A stretch of DNA of 64,000 nucleotides, taken from the NCBI GenBank assembly GCA_022820725.1, contig JAJEFA010000001.1, positions 182,749 through 246,748 of the forward strand, written 5' to 3'. The DNA comes from Candidatus Binatia bacterium. GTDB lineage: Bacteria; Desulfobacterota; Binatia; Bin18. Position numbers and translations under genes: made by a program. Position 1 is the stretch's first letter, and each line of letters begins with the position of its first letter. This document shows, piece by piece, positions 61,584 through 64,000 of this stretch. A model generated the notes under the pieces. That model did no database searches and was not told the DNA's origin. It worked only from the letters and a program-made list of their open reading frames with translations.

Positions 61584-62789
61584 TCACGTCCAGCGGTGCG
61601 GCAGGCGGCACACGCCCAGCTCGCGGCTCTCGCCCCGCACCGAAAAGTCCTTTTCCACGGTATCAAACATGCGCAGGCCGGACGGGTCAAGAACATGGGT
61701 CCGAAAGGTGTAGTTGCCGGGCAACAGGCTGAGGCTGACCTCATACCCGATCCGAAAGGTGTGCGTGTCCACGCGCTGGGGTTCGACCCGGTCCATGTCG
61801 CTGAAAATACCGTACACGCCGAACTTGTCGTTCCGCCGGACATGGCCGACCGCAAAGACGGGCGGCTGGCCGTCCGGCACCTCGGCGATCATTTCGATCC
61901 GGGCGGTCTCGCCCAGGTCAAACACGTCGGTTTCCCGGTTGTCGGTGTCCAGCAGGCGGACCTGGCGCAATCGGCTGGGCCGGGCCGCATCGGCCACGGG
62001 CTGCGCCTCCGCCTGCTGCTCTTCCCGGGCCTCCAGCTCACGCAGATAGTCCTCAAACGCCAGCGTCACCTCGGCCGCCCCTCCCCAGGCGCGAACCCGG
62101 CCGTGGTCGAGCCACAAGGCTTTCTGGCACAGCTTCTGGACGTGGTACATGCTGTGGGAGCAGAACAGGAGCGTTTTGCCCTCATCCAGAAACGCCTCCA
62201 TGCGGCGGATACACTTCTTCTGAAACGCCTCGTCGCCGACCGACAGGACCTCATCCGTAATCAGGATATCGGGCCGGATGCTGGTGGCCACGGCAAAACC
62301 CAGGCGCATATACATACCCGAGGAATAGGTTTTGACCGGCTGGTCGATAAAGTCGTCCAGTTCGGCAAAGGCGATAATCTCCGGCACCAGGGCCTCGGTT
62401 TCCGCGCCCTCCAGGCCCAGCATGGCCGCGGAAAAATAGATATTCTCCCGCCCGGTATATTCCGGGTGAAAGCCCGTGCCCAGCTCCAGCAGCGCCCCCA
62501 CCCGGCCGGCCACCTCAATCGTGCCGGACGAGGGCCGGGTCACGCCGGAGATGAGCTTGAGCAGGGTGGATTTGCCCGAGCCGTTGCGCCCGATAATGCC
62601 GCACGACTGGCCGGCTTCCAGGTGCAGGTTCACGTCCTGCAGGGCCCAGAAGTCCTGGTGATAGCGGCGGGACGAGACAAACAGTTCCTTGAGCCGGTCG
62701 AACGGCCTGGTGTACAGCTTATAGCATTTGCCCAGATGCTGCGTGCGGACAACCCAGTCGGACGAGGCAGAGCGAGACACAACCGACAT
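61584..62789 (-). CDS. wzt: Polysaccharide-export ABC transporter ATP-binding protein Wzt with C-terminal substrate-binding extension
   Basis: Walker A GIIGRNGSGKSTLLK, signature YSSGMYMRLGFA, Walker B ILITDEVLSVGD, plus an extension of about 150 aa (beta-rich) as in Wzt_C domains that recognise modified O-polysaccharide termini. Confidence 0.8.
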   Translation of the reverse strand: MSVVSRSASSDWVVRTQHLGKCYKLYTRPFDRLKELFVSSRRYHQDFWALQDVNLHLEAGQSCGIIGRNGSGKSTLLKLISGVTRPSSGTIEVAGRVGALLELGTGFHPEYTGRENIYFSAAMLGLEGAETEALVPEIIAFAELDDFIDQPVKTYSSGMYMRLGFAVATSIRPDILITDEVLSVGDEAFQKKCIRRMEAFLDEGKTLLFCSHSMYHVQKLCQKALWLDHGRVRAWGGAAEVTLAFEDYLRELEAREEQQAEAQPVADAARPSRLRQVRLLDTDNRETDVFDLGETARIEMIAEVPDGQPPVFAVGHVRRNDKFGVYGIFSDMDRVEPQRVDTHTFRIGYEVSLSLLPGNYTFRTHVLDPSGLRMFDTVEKDFSVRGESRELGVCRLPHRWT

Positions 62790-63059
62790 TTACAATAGTT
62801 TCACAATCGCCGCGACCGCCGTTACGATGCCCAGCCCCATCAACCAGAGATGCTTGTATAAAGCCTCAAAACGCTCCGCCATCCACGTTTCCAGGGCCGC
62901 GATTTCAGCCTTCACCTCAGCGATATCGGCCTTGGTCGCCACACTCTCGGTAAACGCCTCCCGGATCGTGTCCGTGATCGCCTCGGCCTGTTGCGCCTCA
63001 AAGCCCGCCGCGGTCAGCGCCTTGGCCGCGTGTAAGGTATCAAACGTTGCGCTCGCCAT
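62790..63059 (-). CDS. DUF1640-like small coiled-coil protein with C-terminal membrane anchor
   Basis: MASATFDTLHAAKALTAAGFEAQQAEAITDTIREAF...ATKADIAEVKAEIAALETWM...LWLMGLGIVTAVAAIVKLL; start codon directly abuts the repeat copy. Confidence 0.45.
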   Translation of the reverse strand: MASATFDTLHAAKALTAAGFEAQQAEAITDTIREAFTESVATKADIAEVKAEIAALETWMAERFEALYKHLWLMGLGIVTAVAAIVKLL

Positions 63060-63060
63060 A

Positions 63061-63200
63061 GGGCCCCCAGCCTACCAACTTGCCCGGCAAAACGCAAAGC
63101 TCCCGCCCTCCTGTTCCTGGAGGGAGGGGGCTCCGGGAGGGCGGGCTTCCAGCCCGCAGGCGGGCAAGATGCCCGCGCTCCCAGGGGGGAAAGAGGAAAT
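63061..63200. repeat. Full-length copy 1 of the three-hairpin element (140 bp)
   Basis: ...CCCTCCtgttcctGGAGGG...GCGGGCTTCCAGCCCGC-ag-GCGGGCAAGATGCCCGC-gCTCCCAGGGGGG-aaagaggaaat; 97% identical (4 mismatches in 140) to the copy at 63861-64000, exactly 800 bp away. Confidence 0.6.
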
Positions 63201-63207
63201 CTGCCTT

Positions 63208-63441
63208 TTAATCAAAGATGTCCGGGGGAAGCTGGAACACATGGATAATGTTCCTGAGCATCCGCACGGGAATTTCCGTCTTATTCCCGTGGTAGGGAAT
63301 TGTACTATGGATTTCCCTGCCATCAATGTCGGGATGATAAATCATGCGGTGGCTTCCCTTCCCGCGTGTCACATGAATGAAAAAACGGCGATCATACGCA
63401 CGGAGACGGCGAACAACGTCTGCATATTCCCGAGACCGCAT
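63208..63441 (-). CDS. hicA: HicA-family type II toxin (divergent)
   Basis: ...FFIHVTRGKGSHRMIYHPDIDGREIHSTIPYHGNKTEIPVRMLRNII... contains the GSH....HP core and a C-terminal region resembling the dsRBD-like HicA fold. Confidence 0.5.
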   Translation of the reverse strand: MRSREYADVVRRLRAYDRRFFIHVTRGKGSHRMIYHPDIDGREIHSTIPYHGNKTEIPVRMLRNIIHVFQLPPDIFD

Positions 63442-63453
63442 GGCGGGTCCAGG

Positions 63454-63810
63454 CTAGGCGGTGACCGGCTCGAACGTTTCTGACCGTGGTTCCGGGAGGG
63501 GGATGTTCCCGACCCGCAGATGGGTCAACGACCCCTCCCGATGAGCGAGCTGCCCTTTCAACGCCTCTCGTTTGGCCTCCGCATACATCGTGAAATACTG
63601 GGGTTCCGCAGGGATGAAGATATTATCCAGGGTGTCATGCTGGACCGCGAATGTCACCTGCGTCACAATGGCGTCATACAAGTCCTCCAGGGCTTTCTCG
63701 AAGGTCTCTCCGTACCCCATCAGACTCATTTCCAGGGCAATCGCGCACCAGGAAGCATCGTCTTCCTGTATGCCAAGCACGTTGAGGTTCAGTTCCAGTT
63801 TCAGGTCCAT
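63454..63810 (-). CDS. hicB: HicB-like antitoxin (118 aa)
   Basis: Located immediately upstream of the HicA-like gene with a 12-nt spacer. N-terminal half ...WCAIALEMSLMGYGETFEKALEDLYDAIVTQV... is compatible with the HicB RNase-H-like antitoxin domain. Weaker assignment than for the 61028 cassette. Confidence 0.45.
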   Translation of the reverse strand: MDLKLELNLNVLGIQEDDASWCAIALEMSLMGYGETFEKALEDLYDAIVTQVTFAVQHDTLDNIFIPAEPQYFTMYAEAKREALKGQLAHREGSLTHLRVGNIPLPEPRSETFEPVTA

Positions 63811-63860
63811 TACGCATCCCCCTGCTCGCTCGTGATGCTATTCAGGACAGGTCGGCCATA

Positions 63861-64000
63861 GGGCCCCCAGCCTACCAACTTGCCGGGCAAAACGCAAAGC
63901 TCCCGCCCTCCTGTCCCTGGAGGGAGGGGGCTCCGGGAGGGCGGGCTTCCAGCCCGCAGGCGGCCAAGATGCCCGCGCTCCCAGGAGGGAAAGAGGAAAT
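63861..64000. repeat. Full-length copy 2 of the three-hairpin element, truncated by the window end
   Basis: Direct repeat of 63061-63200; with copy 1 it brackets the hicBA cassette. Confidence 0.6.

Noticed and set aside
60986-64000. Integron-like cassette array (attC sites) explanation for the repeat-flanked hicAB modules
   Set aside because: The repeats lack recognisable attC core/inverse-core sites (GTTRRRY / RYYYAAC), and copies are near-identical in sequence rather than only structurally similar. A MITE/REP-like element is the better fit. No integrase is in the window.
1-64000. tRNA, rRNA or tmRNA genes
   Set aside because: No cloverleaf-like conserved tRNA motifs or rRNA-like AT-poor structured blocks were recognised. 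Essentially all sequence is accounted for by protein genes and the repeat families.

Overview
This is a high-GC (about 60-65%) bacterial chromosomal segment, almost entirely coding, with most genes on the minus strand. In order, the window contains: (1) housekeeping genes: a partial spermidine-synthase-like/TPR gene, ispG, folD, a PDZ protein, clpB, a class I aminotransferase, the tamA-tamB outer-membrane assembly pair, yihY and an OprB-type porin; (2) a small redox/radical-SAM neighbourhood: a peroxiredoxin split by an in-frame TGA at its catalytic cysteine (candidate selenoprotein), a DUF3237 protein, a zinc-ribbon mini-protein and a KamA-family radical SAM enzyme; (3) stress and ion-transport genes: a tandem UspA with a convergent USP gene remnant, Kef-type K+/H+ antiporter, alpha/beta hydrolase, a CBS protein, mgtE, corC and mscS; (4) a translationally coupled operon encoding an N-formylglutamate-amidohydrolase-like protein, gamma-glutamyltranspeptidase, a Ddl-like ATP-grasp fused to an M20 peptidase, and a predicted aminopeptidase; (5) a pair of half-ABC exporters; (6) a polysaccharide locus of about 22 kb (40.5-63 kb) of ABC-transporter-dependent (Wzm/Wzt) type, with an O-antigen-ligase/polymerase-like protein, an initiating sugar transferase, several GT2/GT4 enzymes including two reciprocal GT2/GT4 fusions (one with a C-terminal W-rich coiled-coil repeat), four SAM methyltransferases, a carbamoyltransferase and a beta-propeller lipoprotein. 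Two hicAB toxin-antitoxin cassettes and two orphan antitoxins (DinJ, HigA-like) are inserted into this polysaccharide locus. Two repeat families recur across the window: a 28-bp perfect palindrome GTAGGGGC...GCCCCTAC (REP-like, at least 7 copies, one in-frame inside a glycosyltransferase linker) and a three-hairpin element of about 80-140 bp with terminal inverted repeats CCTGGGAG/CTCCCAGG whose copies bracket each hicAB cassette. No rRNA, tRNA or CRISPR was recognised. Coordinates of repeats and small features were counted by eye and may be off by 1-2 nt; CDS ends come from the supplied ORF track, with starts adjusted by codon arithmetic.
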